A stretch of 63,187 nt of DNA, filler included, from Sphaeroforma arctica JP610 (GCF_001186125.1; 3 parts of one record of this genome joined end to end with filler, not necessarily neighbours in it); one strand, 5' to 3'. Shown: positions 42,692-56,660, counted from the whole stretch's first letter. A program made the numbers and translations. Notes: generated from the letters alone by a model not told the origin.

Positions 42692-44495
42692 AGTCAGCGA
42701 TTTGCCAATAAGTTGATTATGGACTAGTTCAAAAACCTTCTACAAACTGAGCAGCAGCAGTTTCTCACTACACATGGATATGCGAAATACTAATAAGGTA
42801 CAAGCGTTGCAATAATCTGGTGCATTGAATAGATTCAGTAAAAACTCTCGCATCATTGTATTGCTTCCCTTGTACATGGTATTTTTGTGAGTTGCCTATG
42901 ATTACTGACTCCTCAATTGATCTATGCGTGTGTAATAGTATGTCTTGGCCATAGTTTGATGGTGCTACCGATCACAATAATATTTAACGAAATATGCAGG
43001 ATCTCACTCACCCTGAGCAAAGATCCTCACCGATCTGCTCATGTCTACACCTGCAAAGTTAGGTCGTCACTTATGTGTAATTGACCACTACTGTAGACCC
43101 CTTGTGGATATACAATGTATAGCAGCAGTTTGGAGCCGAATAATAGCTAGTTTGTAAACGATTCAGCTACGGCATGAATTGTGATCACGTATACAATGCA
43201 AAAGTTCCCAACTTGTTAATAATGTACAACTAATCCCTGTGAAGAAAGAAAGGCGCTCAAAATCAGTTGAACCGGCGACTATGTCCCTGTACTGCGTGCC
43301 GTTACGACGGCATGTAGAGCACATACCATATTCTAGCGATCTCGGTACTCTTATAATTGCTCTAGAGGGAGCGTGTAGAGTATTCATACCCATGTTGCCA
43401 GTTCGATAGCCATGTTGTAACTCATAATAGCAGCGCGATGCGTTTGTGTGTCAATGCATCCTGAGGGTTGCCAAAGTACGCAGTTTATGGTTTCTCAAAG
43501 CCTCCTGAAATAGACCAGTTTTCTATTTGTACAGAATCCCTAGAACCCTAATAAAAAGAAAAGCCGGTTGGTGTAGTGTACAATTTTTTTAGAAAATTCT
43601 GGCGGGGTTTTGCGACTTGGAGTTCCGAGTGCCAGCAGCCTGGGGCCCTGTGCTGTCGACAGCCCGAGGCCGACAGCGCCGACCCGTTGCCATTTCGTTT
43701 GCTGTAATAATAATCCAGTGTTGGTCTCTCACTGAGACAGTGAGAGTAGTATGACAAACTTCAATACGTTTTGTGTTTGAACGTAAAATCATTATATATA
43801 TTTACGCATACAATACACGCTTAGATCATTAAGGCCCATAATTTTCAATACAGGGTGCTTACTTCGAGCCCTGAGGTTCAAAATATTTAGAGTTGTCCCC
43901 TAATGTGCCAATTCGGTTTGCACAATAGGTACGTCCTTTCCGGTCGTTGACCTTTATAAATATTCTACTGTTCACAAATCGAATAAATAAGCGTTTACGT
44001 TAACCTTTAATTGGGACCCCGATAACGGATTGAGGTAAGCTGATCAAAAGACGGATAATATAAGTACGCTATTGAAATTTGTGTTCGTTGCTTTGACGTA
44101 TTCAATACACGAGAGTGTAGGCACAGCTGGATCGGTGACGATTCTGATATGACTAACGAGGCGCCACATACACAGTATACGTATAATTAATTGCTGGGCA
44201 TGGGCGGATGCTAAATCATAGATATGAGGGGGTCGATGTAAATACATATCAGGCAACTTACAGGCAGCTAGATCCGATTAGCTACTGCATTCTGTTCTCG
44301 TCGGAACAGTGGAGTCACTATTTTTGAAGCACAAGCCATAGAAAAATTCAGCTTTCTATTACAAACATCTTATAGGACCATTCCAAGGCTCGTATACGAA
44401 AGAGATATCCAGATATGACGCATCGAAGATATAGCTCGAGGTAGGTACCTGGTGAACGGTTTGAGACTATTAGTATTTGACCTCGTTCTTATGGT

Positions 44496-44900
44496 GTATT
44501 CCAAGCAATGATTTACGTTGCAGGTGTCTATATAGGTGCGAAAATATCGTAGTGGCATGCGCAAGTGTTCGATCTGTGTTCGTGAATGTCGTGATCGTGA
44601 AGCGTATGTGGTTATGCGTATACCTCAGTGTTTAGCGCGTGGGCATATGTGTAAGGTGTGTGTGTGTTTGTATAGATATGCGTGTTTGTCTTTGTAGGTG
44701 CATATCTTCTAAGACTGGTTATTTTTATCTTTGTTGCTACGATGTATTCCAAGCTATGAGTTGCAGGTGTTTATAGTGATACGTGAATCCCGTAGCGGCA
44801 CTGCGCAAGCGTTCGATCTGTGTTCGAAGACGTGAATGTATTCGTAATTATGAAGGCTTATCTGTTAATCTGTACAAGTGTTTGGGCACGCGTGTGTATG
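44496..44900. repeat. Old diverged duplication (~248-bp period)
   Basis: GTATTCCAAGC...GTTGCAGGTGT...GCGCAAG(T/C)GTTCGATCTGTGTTCG occurs at ~44496 and ~44744. Confidence 0.75.
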
Positions 44901-46029
44901 TGTATATGTGTGTTTGCATGTGTAGATTCATGCGCATTTGTATAACTAAGTGTAATTATGTTTGTATGCTCAGATGGAGTTGAATACATATGGGTAGGCG
45001 TATTACATATCGTGTGCATGTATGTATGCGTATTCGAACGTGCTATTCACATAGAACGATATAAGTTTCAGGTTGCAGCCTATCGTGTTCCATATCAGAT
45101 TCCACGGGAGTGGTGACCACAAAGCGCGTTTTGCGCATTCATGCGTTTTGCGCCGCTAACAAGCTCGTTCTTTACTGTCGATAGGCCTGGGACAAATGTC
45201 AAGTACGCGGATAGCGACGATGACACTCCGCCCGGATCTTCTCGCATGGCATCCATGTCAAAAAACTGCTCCGATACGTCCATAGATGGGTATGTGAAGA
45301 ATTTCTAACTAAGTTTATATCTCACTTTCAACTATTTTGTAGCAATTATGAAGAATCAGATTTTGTACGCACAGTCGTGGTCTGTGATGTTTTGCGACGC
45401 CATGTTTGGTCCTCATAGTGGGCTCCAATTATGATCACTGGCGCACGTGCTAAGCTGCAGTGTGTCCTCGTCTGTCTACCGATCTATCTGCACTTGGGTA
45501 GATCAAGTTGTAGCGCGTGAGTAGTGCGTATGATTGGGAGGAGATTATGAATTACAAATCGTGATCGACCTAGGTTAGCTTAACCCCACCACGCACTCAG
45601 CTGCTATTTGGTGTTGTTTGCAGGCGGATGCAACGCAGGAGAGCACTTGAAGAGGCTGAAGAACGTCAACTGCAGGAGGCCTTGCGATTATCAGCTATGG
45701 ACCAGCCGAATAGTCTGGCAAATGGTGAGAGATCTATTCACTTCAGATCAAAGCTATGCATTGTGTTCTGCTCAGGCGAATTGTATGTACTCTAGCTAGC
45801 CGCGCTGTATTCGTAAATTATGGTACCGGAATGTCAGGTAATAGTAACTTGTGCATAGGCTGTGTGGATAAATTTCTATTTACCGATGAGTGTTTTAGTC
45901 CAGCACCATGAGGAGTCACCCTCCCCTCTGTACACGCTGGGTCGCAACGGTGGCAATCAGTGCGGCTGCATCGTGCTATTAAGAACCGTACTATGGTATA
46001 GGCGTGTTGTCTTGTCACATTCAATACAA

Positions 46030-49000
46030 CGGCATTGTCAATGCAACAGGCGATGCAACCAAAGACGGCGATATCGGAAAAGTGTCTCGCGAGAACGCAC
46101 CGCCGGCGTGTGATGCGAATCACAAACAGCCAGCGCCGAGACGGGAATCGCTGAGTCTGAAGAGGAATATGTCTAATGAGGTATGTGAGTATGGAAATAT
46201 ACACCAGCAGAACACAGTACACTTACTATATGGAATGTAGTGCTGTGTTGTGCATGAGCTGCGTAACATACGTAACCGGCCCTCTTAGCGAATACCAGTT
46301 AGTACCAGACACTCAAGGTATGGATGCCCACATCGCATATTGCCGCGATACTGGCTGCTTAAACAGTATCGTTAATCATCCGCCGCAACTTTGAGTTGCC
46401 GCTTTGTCCTGTGCATGCTGTTTCCGTATCGGCTTTCAAGTTTCACAGTGTGTATCCAATTTATCTGGGAACCAGATTTCTGTGTGATATAACACTGCGC
46501 AGTCTGAGCAGGTAATTCGAATGTATTGGTAAAGTCTTTACCTCCAAATGAATTTACGTTCTGCACAGCCACGCACGACTCACTGGATTCACAACTTACC
46601 AGGTGTTTTATAAACCTTTGCTTACCAATTTGCAAGTATATGTCTGATATTGCGCATCGATGGTGGTCTTGTCCAGTCAGAGGTTGCAAGTAGTTGTGTC
46701 AGCTGTGGACTGTCGCTAATCAGTCTCAAGCGATCATACTCTGGCAGTAACTAGGTGGCGTATTTTGGTTTATTTGTGCTTCAATTCGAGCGGGTTACAC
46801 GCTCTCATTCACCAGTCTGCTCCGCATCGAACCAGCACACCATCATTAAGGGCTCAAAGCAATCCCAATCTTCTGGAGATACACCTGCGTCGTTGCCCGT
46901 AAGACGCTTAACCATTATCGGACCACTACCCCCAGATGAAGATACTTCGGGTATGCTCATTGTGCATAAAAAATTATATGAAAAAGTGTGTAGAAAAATT
47001 TATTGAAAGGTGTGGCATGGTTATATGTACCATTCTGGTTGCGATAATTAAAATGCTAGACGTCCTCTAATTTCGTCAGAGATATGCATTCGTCATGTGT
47101 TGTAGTGCTGGGGTTACATGCTAGGTTTCTAGCTATTTATGTTCGGGATCATTTTGGCCTCGCCCGATATCAGTATCGTGATTTTATGGCACGTGATTTA
47201 ATGGCTGTTTTGACGAAAATCCGATACAGGTAGAAAAAGCACAGCAAACGCTAGTCTCACCAAAAAGGTCCAGCCACAGCAACACAGTGCAAAGAAAGCA
47301 GGCGCTTCCGGTGCCAAATCGGCGGTCGTACAGTCAGAGGCACACAGCAGCACTAAGCGAAGTAAGTTTTCTGATCTGCTTGTACACATTGTATGTCCAT
47401 TTAGCTCTTACTTGACTTGACTAGTTTTGACAACACAGCTGCGTAGTAGTTGTGTCGTATAACTGGACTTCAAGTTTTTGTGCTTCTTAAAAGCGTGTGC
47501 ATCGCGTAATAATTCGGTTTACTTGTACTCGCATACTAAGCACTTCGATTGATTCGTTGATATGGCCTTTGTGTAAATATCCTGTACAATATAGATATTT
47601 TTCAAGACTTCCACAGGAACTGTTGGGCTTCACGAGTTGTTTAGTAATTGCTAAGCATCCTGTTTTCTTGTACCTTGTTCATATTCTAAAGTTAACTACC
47701 GGAGGGCTACACACACAAAAATGATGCCGCAATCGTCTTGTTTACAGATGTATTTTGATACTGCACGGTTGCTTAATGTAGATTAACTGTTAGTTCAAAA
47801 TATAAATGTGTACGCACATACAATACATTGCGCTACATGAAACTAATGCTGGCTCTTTGTGTTTAGGCAGTGTATGTTTGTCAGAATGAGTATACTCACG
47901 GGCTTAGATTCATAGAGCACGGTTTTCACGTCAATCGATGGTTGTGTGCTTCGTGCTCATTACTGTTGTATTGCCAAATGCCACCACTAGTCACAGACAT
48001 GCCAATCTGTATGCACCATGCATATGTGGATAGTGTCTACGTGCTGTATTTTTAAAATATTAGCTACAATGAAATAAATACACCTCAGTTAGTGCATGAA
48101 TACATGTTTAGCCTACACAATGTGCATAAACTCGGAGATACGCCACCACTCTCGGCCTTTTAGTAGCACAGTACTCACACCACTCCAATGTACAAACACA
48201 GATTCTACTTGCAAGCGAAAGGTACAGAAAATGTTCAATTCGAAATCGGACGATTCATCATGCGTGTCTGCTTCAGAATCCGATTCTAGTAGACACCGAG
48301 CCTCTTTAAAAAAAAATCCACAAAATACTTCAAAACAGCCCAACAGATCAAAAGCGTTTGATAAAACATCAGCCGTACCAGGTACCTCAAACACGATATG
48401 CTTCTGTGGGGGTTGATATTTCTATATATGAGTACGTGTCTGCTATCTTCAACTCCACGGGAAACACGTATGCACTTGTCGTTGCGGTCGTCAGTGGGCA
48501 TGCTCCGGGCATCTATCTGTGAATACTTACACGCACTATTTGTCGTCGGAGTTTGTATGTATGGGAGCTGCTCATGTTGACTTTATTTGGCCTTTTGTGA
48601 CTCTGACGGGGTGAGTTTAGTATGAGCTCGCATCCATTCTCCCTTAAAACAGAATTTCGCACTAATGTCATTAGTGCGAGTAATTGTCAAAAAAAAGAGA
48701 CAATTTCTTCAGCATATATGACAATTTTACCAGCACATCTACGTACGGTATACGCATGTGTCAGTGAGAGTGTATGTGTGAAATTGATATGTCCTTATAT
48801 ACCAGTTTGAGAGATGACTTTCAGTTTAACTTTGACTCATTCAACACTCATACGTAGTTAAGAGAGCGCACCATGCGATATCAGAGTCTGAGTCTTCAGA
48901 TTCTGGAACGGATGAACAAACTGCCGAATCTGAGTCGGAAGTTGATTCCGGATCAGATGCTGAATCTGAATTGGAAACTGAGTTTCAACCCAGACAGAGT

Positions 49001-51450
49001 TCAAAGCACAATGGAGTTCACAAAAAGGGCAATTTCCCACAGCAGCCGACGAAGAGAAAGGCCATTAAAGCGGGGCCGAAGAACACTGCGCCGTCAAAGG
49101 TGCGCATAACTGCATCGGTGGCCGTTAAACAAGGTGAGAGTCGTCCCAGGGCGGTCTGATTCTTTACATAATAGGAGGACCCTTATGTTCTGAGGTGGAA
49201 CTTGAGTCATTTTTAGATTTTAACACCCACAGGCCCGATTAATCATTTCGGATACTTTTCACATCGTGTATCTGGACAAACTTTTTGTTTCTCGCGCAGA
49301 TCTGTTTGAGAGTATATTAATTTCCGTGATTTATTGCTTAAATATAGCTGACCGTTCACGTGGCAGTTGTTCCTGTCTCCGCAAAGGGCTAGTGCTTTCA
49401 CCGGTAGATTAGGTCACCTTCCTATATATCTGTTGTACAAGTGTATTCCAGAAGTGCTTAGGTTTCAGCTGAGCAAGTCATGTGCAGTGTTCCAGGGATA
49501 TTTGGAATGCTGAGTGCTGGTTTTATACCAATCACACTTCCAATCTATTTTTAGCCACAGATACACCAGCATATCTGCTGAGAGACTATCGATTGTTCAT
49601 ATTTTCCCGAGGTCCCAACAAGTAGTTCGGGATTGCCTGTATTTCTATATGTTCTTCAAATTTCCCTGCTCCATACATCGCTACTATATTACAGCGCCTT
49701 CCTTTTCACACGTCCTTTTCAGCAGTCGCGTGTGTTGGTCATAGGCAGTTTCACAGCTATTCAGATGTGGTATAGTAAGTGATTACTTACAAATGTCAAA
49801 TACACAACGCGTAGTTGCAGATGAACACCACTCTGAATCTGACAGTTCGCACGCGTCTGCTTCTGCATCATCCTCTACCGGCTCTGGCTCTGACTATGAC
49901 GAGGCGAGTTCCAGCACTGAAGTGTATGTCTTACGTAGATATATCTCGTTATCAACAGGTTCCATAGTGTTGACATTTAGATGCTTGCAATTTGGCATAT
50001 GTGTGCACCTTACACAACCAAAATTGAAACCACGATGGCTGACCTGTAGTTATCAAGTTATAGATTCTCTTTAGCAACAATTTCACGTAAATGATAGCCT
50101 TACGATATGTCCTCCTCAGATCTGCGAAAGTATTTTTGTTGTCAACCTCGTACGCGGGGCCCGTCCCTGATGCAAATCTATCACATACGACGTTTGCCAG
50201 AGTACTCCTCTAAAACATATATTTAGTCATTGATCATTGGTACCTCGGCTATATAGCAACATCTGTTTTATCATCACGAAAAGAAAAAAAATTATAGGGT
50301 ATATGAACGCACGCGCCTGTATTTGATACAGAAACAAGTATTGTGACGAAATTTTGTGCATACAATATTCACCCTGAAAAATAACTTGTTCAAATAGGCA
50401 TGCAACCAATTAGTACGGTAAACTACGCTAACTAGCGATTCCCGCGATCGGCTGATTTGTATCACAGTGAGAGCGATGGAGGCGATAGCGATTTCACAGT
50501 CAAGGCCAAACCAAAGGCGAAGCCAAAAACGCAACCCAAAACAAAACCGAAACCAATGCCGAGACAAAAGCCGAAAATAGAGCATAATGTCAAACCGGAA
50601 TCGGAAGTATTGCCAAGTCCAAAACTTCAGCCAAAAGAATCCGTAAAAGCACTAGAGACCCCAATCTACAACATGCAGGAATCTGAGAAAGGTAGGCGAA
50701 CGTCTTAGATAATGATTTGTAAAAACCGAATTGTGCTATATTTTTACATCGAGACTATCAGATTCTCTAACGCTTTCTGATTCAGAATGGCCAAGTAAGT
50801 CTGGTTGCAGTTTATAGATGGTGAGTGCTTGTGAATTCTATCAAAATAGCTCCGATCCAAAATCTTATTATATCCTTCTATTACGTCGTAGTGCCATTAC
50901 AAGTCATCACAAACACACAACTAAAGGCCAGTCCAGCTGGTATTAAAGGCCGACCTACGAGGACGACACCAAATATACCGATTGACCGGGCGAAGGTGAA
51001 CAAGGAAATCACGCCGCAACAGGTGAGTGTACGAATTCAGTTTAGTTCTGCCGTTTTGAACCCCACATCTCCGTTGCAGAATGAGGGGTGATGTAATGAT
51101 CACAGAGAGATTGCTTTGTAGTTTGTTATTTTGGGCGGATAGTCTGTGGCTGATTGCAATATGTATATAAGTGAGAATTAGCGTCTGTGGATTGTTTATA
51201 ACTAGACATACAATGTGAGGACAGGTTCACCCTGTTATATAAAAGTCATACATCCCTTTTGTATCACTACTGGATGGAGGCAAAATTTCATACAATTCTC
51301 CGACCGAAACATTTTGGGCTCAGCGGTTTTGATGTGTCAGAAATCTCGCGTGTATGCTCGTCAACGCTGGATCGCTTTGAGTCAGGAGAATACGAACAAG
51401 AGCGGGTGCATGGGTCGGATGCTAAACGAAAACAAATAAACTGGATTCCC
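46030..51450 (+). other. Series of exon-like Ser/acidic- and Lys/Pro-rich segments; possible multi-exon gene or pseudogene, no model resolved
   Basis: Short open stretches, several ending in GT donors (e.g. GAG|GTATGT ~46180, GAAAG|GTAGG ~50691, CAG|GTGAG ~51023), encode low-complexity peptides such as SESDSS, ESESEVDSGSDAESE and KAKPKAKPKTQPK. No recognisable domain. Confidence 0.3.
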
Positions 51451-53142
51451 AGGGCTAGACACAGTGGCTGTGAGCAAAGGTCAACACACCTCGTATCCAT
51501 AAACAACATTCGTTTCACAAAAATGGTGATCCCTTTATTCTTGTAATTTGATTTCGTTTTCATTCACAACGACATTCATTTTGCATCTGAACACATTTGC
51601 TCCCAGTAGCGATCGCTTCTGCGATGAAGATACAAGTCACGAGCCGTACCTGATTTCTATATGACTCATCGTGTACGTTTCTTTTTCTTGATATCTGTTG
51701 CTGGTTGTTAGGTATCGACAACGCTTGCCCCTGTCAAAATACCAGGAAAGCAGCCAGAGGTGTCGCGTGCTTTGGCCACAGTCTCTGCGACCGTTTTTCA
51801 TTCAACCCCTGCGTATGTGATTCGATAAAATTAATTCTGTTGAACAGGGTCGAAGGGCACACACCAGAGAAGAAGCTTGACTTCATTACACAAATTTCCG
51901 CGCGCGTATAGCTAGCTATGTGGATTGTATGTGGTGCATATAGGCTTTTTAGACTATGGGTGGTACACCTGTATCGCGAGTTTACATCCGGTTCGCTATG
52001 TGGAACGTGTTTGCATCAGGTCTACTTAATTTGTGTTGGCTCGAACTATTATCCTACATGGCCCTGTACAATAGCATGTCCATAAACACAGATTCGCTAA
52101 ATGCACAAGTTGCAGGAAAACGTGTGTATCGCAGCCGAAGGCAGATATCGGGCTGATTAGTCGGATTTAATTTTAGTCAGCGGGTACGCACCACCATAGC
52201 TTGCTAATTTTGGACACGCGTTTGGCATGGTATTGCGAATAAGCAAGCCTTTTTTTCGCACTGATAGCTTGCCTTTCTATCCAAAAGTACACTAGGACGG
52301 AAAATTCCCGGGAGAAGGAAAAGACAAGAAGAGCCTACGATTCAGAGGGATTATACAAAGCCGAATACAGGTATGATACTCTGAGTGCATAGCCGATGTC
52401 GTCTGTGTATATGCGTTTGCCTCAATCTTCATCTTTTTGCTGACTTTTGTACAGCTCCTCATTAAAGCTCTTAATACCGCCGCGTATCAGCTCAACTGTA
52501 GCGCGCACTCTCGTGATGATATTTTCTTATGACGAGACGGTCGATATTTTTTTGCGTTTAGTACCTGACACAAGTCTATTGTTACTGTCAAAATTAAAGA
52601 GTTCAAATGGGACGCATTACACTGCCTTTGTTGTTGTTATAATCGAGGATGCCCTGGAGTTAAGTGTTTGCTATTTAGTACTAGTACAGCCTCGATGTGA
52701 CATCAGAGAAGAGTCTCATCTAGAAACGCATTTTCTACCCAATTTTGACATCGGCTTCACTCGCATTGCAGGGCATGGCAAGATAAATGATCTTCTAATT
52801 CATTCATCGCGACCGCGGCTCGGTCTCTCGCGGAGGGGCAAATTCAAACCACTGCACAATTTAAATGGGAACACAGCGCCGAGTATTCCTCATTAGCCGA
52901 CAACTATAAAATACTCCTGAGAAAATTTTCGACTCCAGGACATCACTATTGCGCTTCAACCAACATTTTGTCCCCAATGCATATTGAAGACGGGCATACC
53001 CGTGCCTGCCTGTCTGCATGCACTCGCCTAAGGATTGGATATATTTATATAGCTTTCCAGTACTTGGGCGAACAACATATAGAAATATGACACTCACTCA
53101 TACACGTACACACACGCATATATATATATATATATATATATA

Positions 53143-53620
53143 GAGGGACCCTCCACCATGTACGGTCCCTAAAAGAAGAGAGGGACCTACGATCCCCGGG
53201 GGGATGTAAGGTCCCGGGACCTACGAAACGAAAGGAGGGCTGTAAGATCCATCCTTCCTGATGGATCTACCACATTATCCCGTAGGGGGGACATAAGCTA
53301 CGGTCCCTAAAAGAAAAGATGTACCTACCATCCGCAGATAAAATATATACTAGGCGTCAGTGGCCTAAGATNNNNNNNNNNNNNNNNNNNNNNNNNNNNN
53401 NNNNNNNNNNNNNNNTTAATTAATTAANNNNNNNNNNNNNNNNNNNNNNNNNNNNNNNNNNNNNNNNNNNNTACCTGAACCTCTCGTTAACTTCTAGGTG
53501 GATTACTTCTACCGTAGGGATGAGGATGGACATCCCGAGGGATAGTAGAGGGAACCCGCCTTGAGGAAGGATTGTTATAAGATGAGATGAGATGAGATAC
53601 ATCCTTGCGGATTCTACTGA
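53143..53620. repeat. GC-rich palindromic clusters and GATGA repeat flanking the NUMT, probably mitochondrial intergenic repeats
   Basis: GGGACC/GGTCCC and CCCCGGGGGG clusters lie on both sides of the linker; 53568-53615 is the near-exact reverse complement of 54941-54988. Confidence 0.55.
53372..53471. other. Artificial 100-bp scaffolding linker (N44-TTAATTAATTAA-N44)
   Basis: Same structure as 27981-28080. Confidence 0.95.
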
Positions 53621-53651
53621 TAAAGATGGTCCTAATGCTAATTAAATGAGA

Positions 53652-54358
53652 TTAGAGACACTTGCAAATAAAGTAAAAAGTAGCAAAAGTAAAAGTCAAT
53701 TTTTGTGTTAGTAATAGAATAGAGTTAGGAACAAACAATATAAATATAATATGGTACAAGGAGGCGCCTAACACAAAAGATTTAGAAACCTCAACCTTCT
53801 GTATTGGACTTAAAATTTCTATTAGAACCTCGACCCCTCCCTTGGGAGAGATCTGGGTGTGGATGCCGTCTGGCGACAGCATTTGATTAGAATATACGTT
53901 TTTTTAATCTCTTCAGTGAGTGTTATTTTTTCTACTCCGCCATCCATATACATTTTAGAAATAAATTTTAAATAGTAAACAGAAGCAACCACAGAAGTAA
54001 GAATACCTAAAATGCCGAATATGTATCATCCATTTTTAATCGCAGCAGTGAATATGAATCACATGGCGAAAACGCCGGCTAATGGTGGTATTCCGGCTAA
54101 AGATAGAACAATAAAAGCTAAACTAATAGTAAGAAGAGGTTGTGCTCGGGATAAACCGTATAATTCAATAATATAATTTAAGGGGTTAGAATTTAAATGT
54201 TTTTTTAAACTTAAAATCAGAGCATATAAAGCCACAGAGGTAATCATATATATAAACATGTATAAAATTAAAGTGGATGCAGTTTGTCTTTCAACCCCGG
54301 ATAAACAGCTAATAAAAACATAACCAATGTGACTAATTGCACTATAGGAAAGCGAAGT
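53652..54358 (-). pseudogene. nad2: NUMT: mitochondrial nad2 C-terminal fragment
   Basis: Reads LSYSAISHIGY...YMFIYMITSV...LSLAGIPPLAGVFAM(TGA)FIFTAAIKNG(TGA)YIFGILGILTSVVASVYYLKFI. The first TGA falls at the conserved Trp of GFFAKW. AT-rich and interrupted near 53800-53935. Confidence 0.9.
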
Positions 54359-54988
54359 GATAGAGCTGCCCATCAATATTGTCGGTGAGCGAGTCGGCAC
54401 AGGTGGGACTGTAGACTGTAGGTTGGCAGCCCGAACTACTAGCCGTGACCTTGTACCCGCAGATGGATTACCTTCTTTCTCCAAATTCCGCCTTGCATTT
54501 GCATCGCTTACAAGACAAGTGTACCACTTTTATTCCTTGTTGTCACGTACGATCCACAGTAATTTGCTGTCATGGTCGCTGTGAATTTGTGTACTAGTAT
54601 ATCCTCGACATCCCTTGAGTTATTAGTCATATACCTTTTCGCATGGCTTACAAAACCTACGATAGCGACCGCCACTATGATAAGCCGCAATCCTATGGAA
54701 GCAAGGGCTTCCGCAGGCAGCACCATTCCCTCTCCTTCTTAGCTAAATAACAATTCCTTCACTATCCTGACCCCCGGGAGGAATCTAGATTGCTCTCTAC
54801 CGATCACGATCATTCCCTATATACCCAGACACAGTGAATATCATGTCTCATCTGCTTATGGGTAAAAATATACATCTCTTCCTTTTAGTCAGCTATAAAT
54901 TGGATATGTAGACATCATACCCTACCCTTTCGGGTTTATAAGAATCCGCAAGGAAGTATCTCATCTCATCTCATCTTATAATCATCCT

Positions 54989-55470
54989 GGTTTCTTTAGC
55001 TTTCCTTAGTATTTTTAAAGGATATTTTACTAGAGATAGTTTCGTAGGAATGGCTACGAATTTTTGAAATAACTCTTTAACTATTTTGCCCAGACATATT
55101 ACTATAATATAATCCGAGTTTCTACCATTATATTTTCCCTTTCTGGGGCCTTTTTAATCTATACTTACTTATTATGCTTTTAATCCACTTTTATTTTCTA
55201 TTAAAATTTCTAATCATCAACTTTACTCAATTTTATCCAACAGATGTTATATAGATTTTATTCATAATTCCTTTATTGCTAAAACCACTGTACACTTTGG
55301 CTACCTAATATCTTACAAATTAATAGATAGAGGTCTTCTTGAGAAAATCGGCCCCAAACTCACAATTAACTAAATTAGTAAAAATATTACTACTCTACAA
55401 TTGGGCTATATCTTCCAATATGACTTATTAGTCTTTTCATATACCATCTTTTTTCTATTTTTTAAAGATT
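54989..55470 (+). pseudogene. nad5: NUMT: mitochondrial nad5 C-terminal fragment
   Basis: Reads LAFLSIFKGYFTRDSFVGMATNF(TGA)NNSL...SEFLP...SNRCYIDFIHNSFI...FGYLISYKLIDRGLLEKIGP...TTLQLGYIFQY, resembling the nad5 C-terminal motifs LDRGxxExxGP and QxGxxxxY. Frameshifted. Confidence 0.85.
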
Positions 55471-55589
55471 TAACCATAAACACAACCACTCTAGTCTTTG
55501 TACCCCTTTAATACTTACTAACATACACCTAAGGGAGATTGATGCTATATAACTATATAGCTCATTTTGAAGTGTCTCTAGCGGCACCA

Positions 55590-56660
55590 AGGGGTTAACT
55601 TCATGAAAACCAATACATTTTTGTATGCAATACCATCCAGATCTTGTTCGTGTGTGCGTACAATATAAGCAGTGGCGTCCTGAAACGACATGGGACTGCA
55701 AATTTTGTTCGTTCTCCGCGATAAAATCTATTAGTGCCTTGGGTGCTCCTTCTTTCTGTAGCGCCATATGGAGGCCTATCTGCACATGAGTCTAGTTTAT
55801 GAAATTTTGCATTCTTATGCCAATCCAAAATAAACGCATGCATCTGTATCTTCTGCGGATTATCCAAATAATAGCTGCCCTGTGGATTACGTGGCCATTC
55901 CTTGGGTGTCCGTCTATCTACCGTTATTGAGAAAGTCTTCAGGCGATTTCACCATTGTTGATTTCTGATACCAATCCGGACCATCAGCCGGCATCTCATC
56001 AGGAGTCGGAATTGTCTGGGCTCGATTTTGTACATTCTTCAGCAACCGCTCTCTGCGCGTAATACGGACATTCTCGTAAGGTGCCACTTGAGGTACGGTC
56101 TTCGTGCGACTAACCCTGCGCTTCACCGGACTAATTTGCATCATGTCGATAGCCCTGCTGTCAGGTGACTGGTCGGTTGGTGACAACTCTGACTGTGTTG
56201 GGTATTGAGTAGCCAATTGGTGTTGTACTGTTGGTTTGACCTCAGTCTCAGAAAAATCATCATCTATTGTCGCCTGGGCCGTGTCCTGGGGGCATAGAGG
56301 AGTCAATATCTATCAGGGGCAATTGACGGAGTTGGTGGAGTTGCTCTTGAATCAGGCGGCTCTTTTCCTTTGCCTCCTTCACATGCATCAACATAAGCAA
56401 GTGTCCTGCTTGATCCGCATCCATGCCAGGGCTCGGCTAAGTCTACTCAAGGTTCGGATTGAGTACTGAGCCTCCAAAAGCAAATGTGCCAATTTCAAAT
56501 GGATTCACACCTTCTCGTCATTTACGGGTGCAGGTTGCTTGGCACGTGCTGTATCCACATTATCACATAGCTTGGTCAAATGGCAAATGGCTCCAAGCAA
56601 CCGTTTCAGCAGCTGGTCACAGGCTTGCTTACCCACCGTAGGCAACGGTTTAGTCTCGGG
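55590..56660 (-). other. Frameshifted, intronless coding-like remnant of unknown family (possibly TE-derived)
   Basis: Consecutive ORF pieces 55914-56306, 55601-55867 and 55462-55785 on one strand with a CxxC/His segment (GRHCLYCTHTR). It joins the nad5 NUMT abruptly. Confidence 0.3.

Noticed and set aside
54059..54484. 141-aa ORF as a functional nuclear-encoded Nad2 fusion with a targeting peptide
   Set aside because: It is a chance read-through across the NUMT junction, uses a non-ATG start, and ends at a mitochondrial TGA(Trp).
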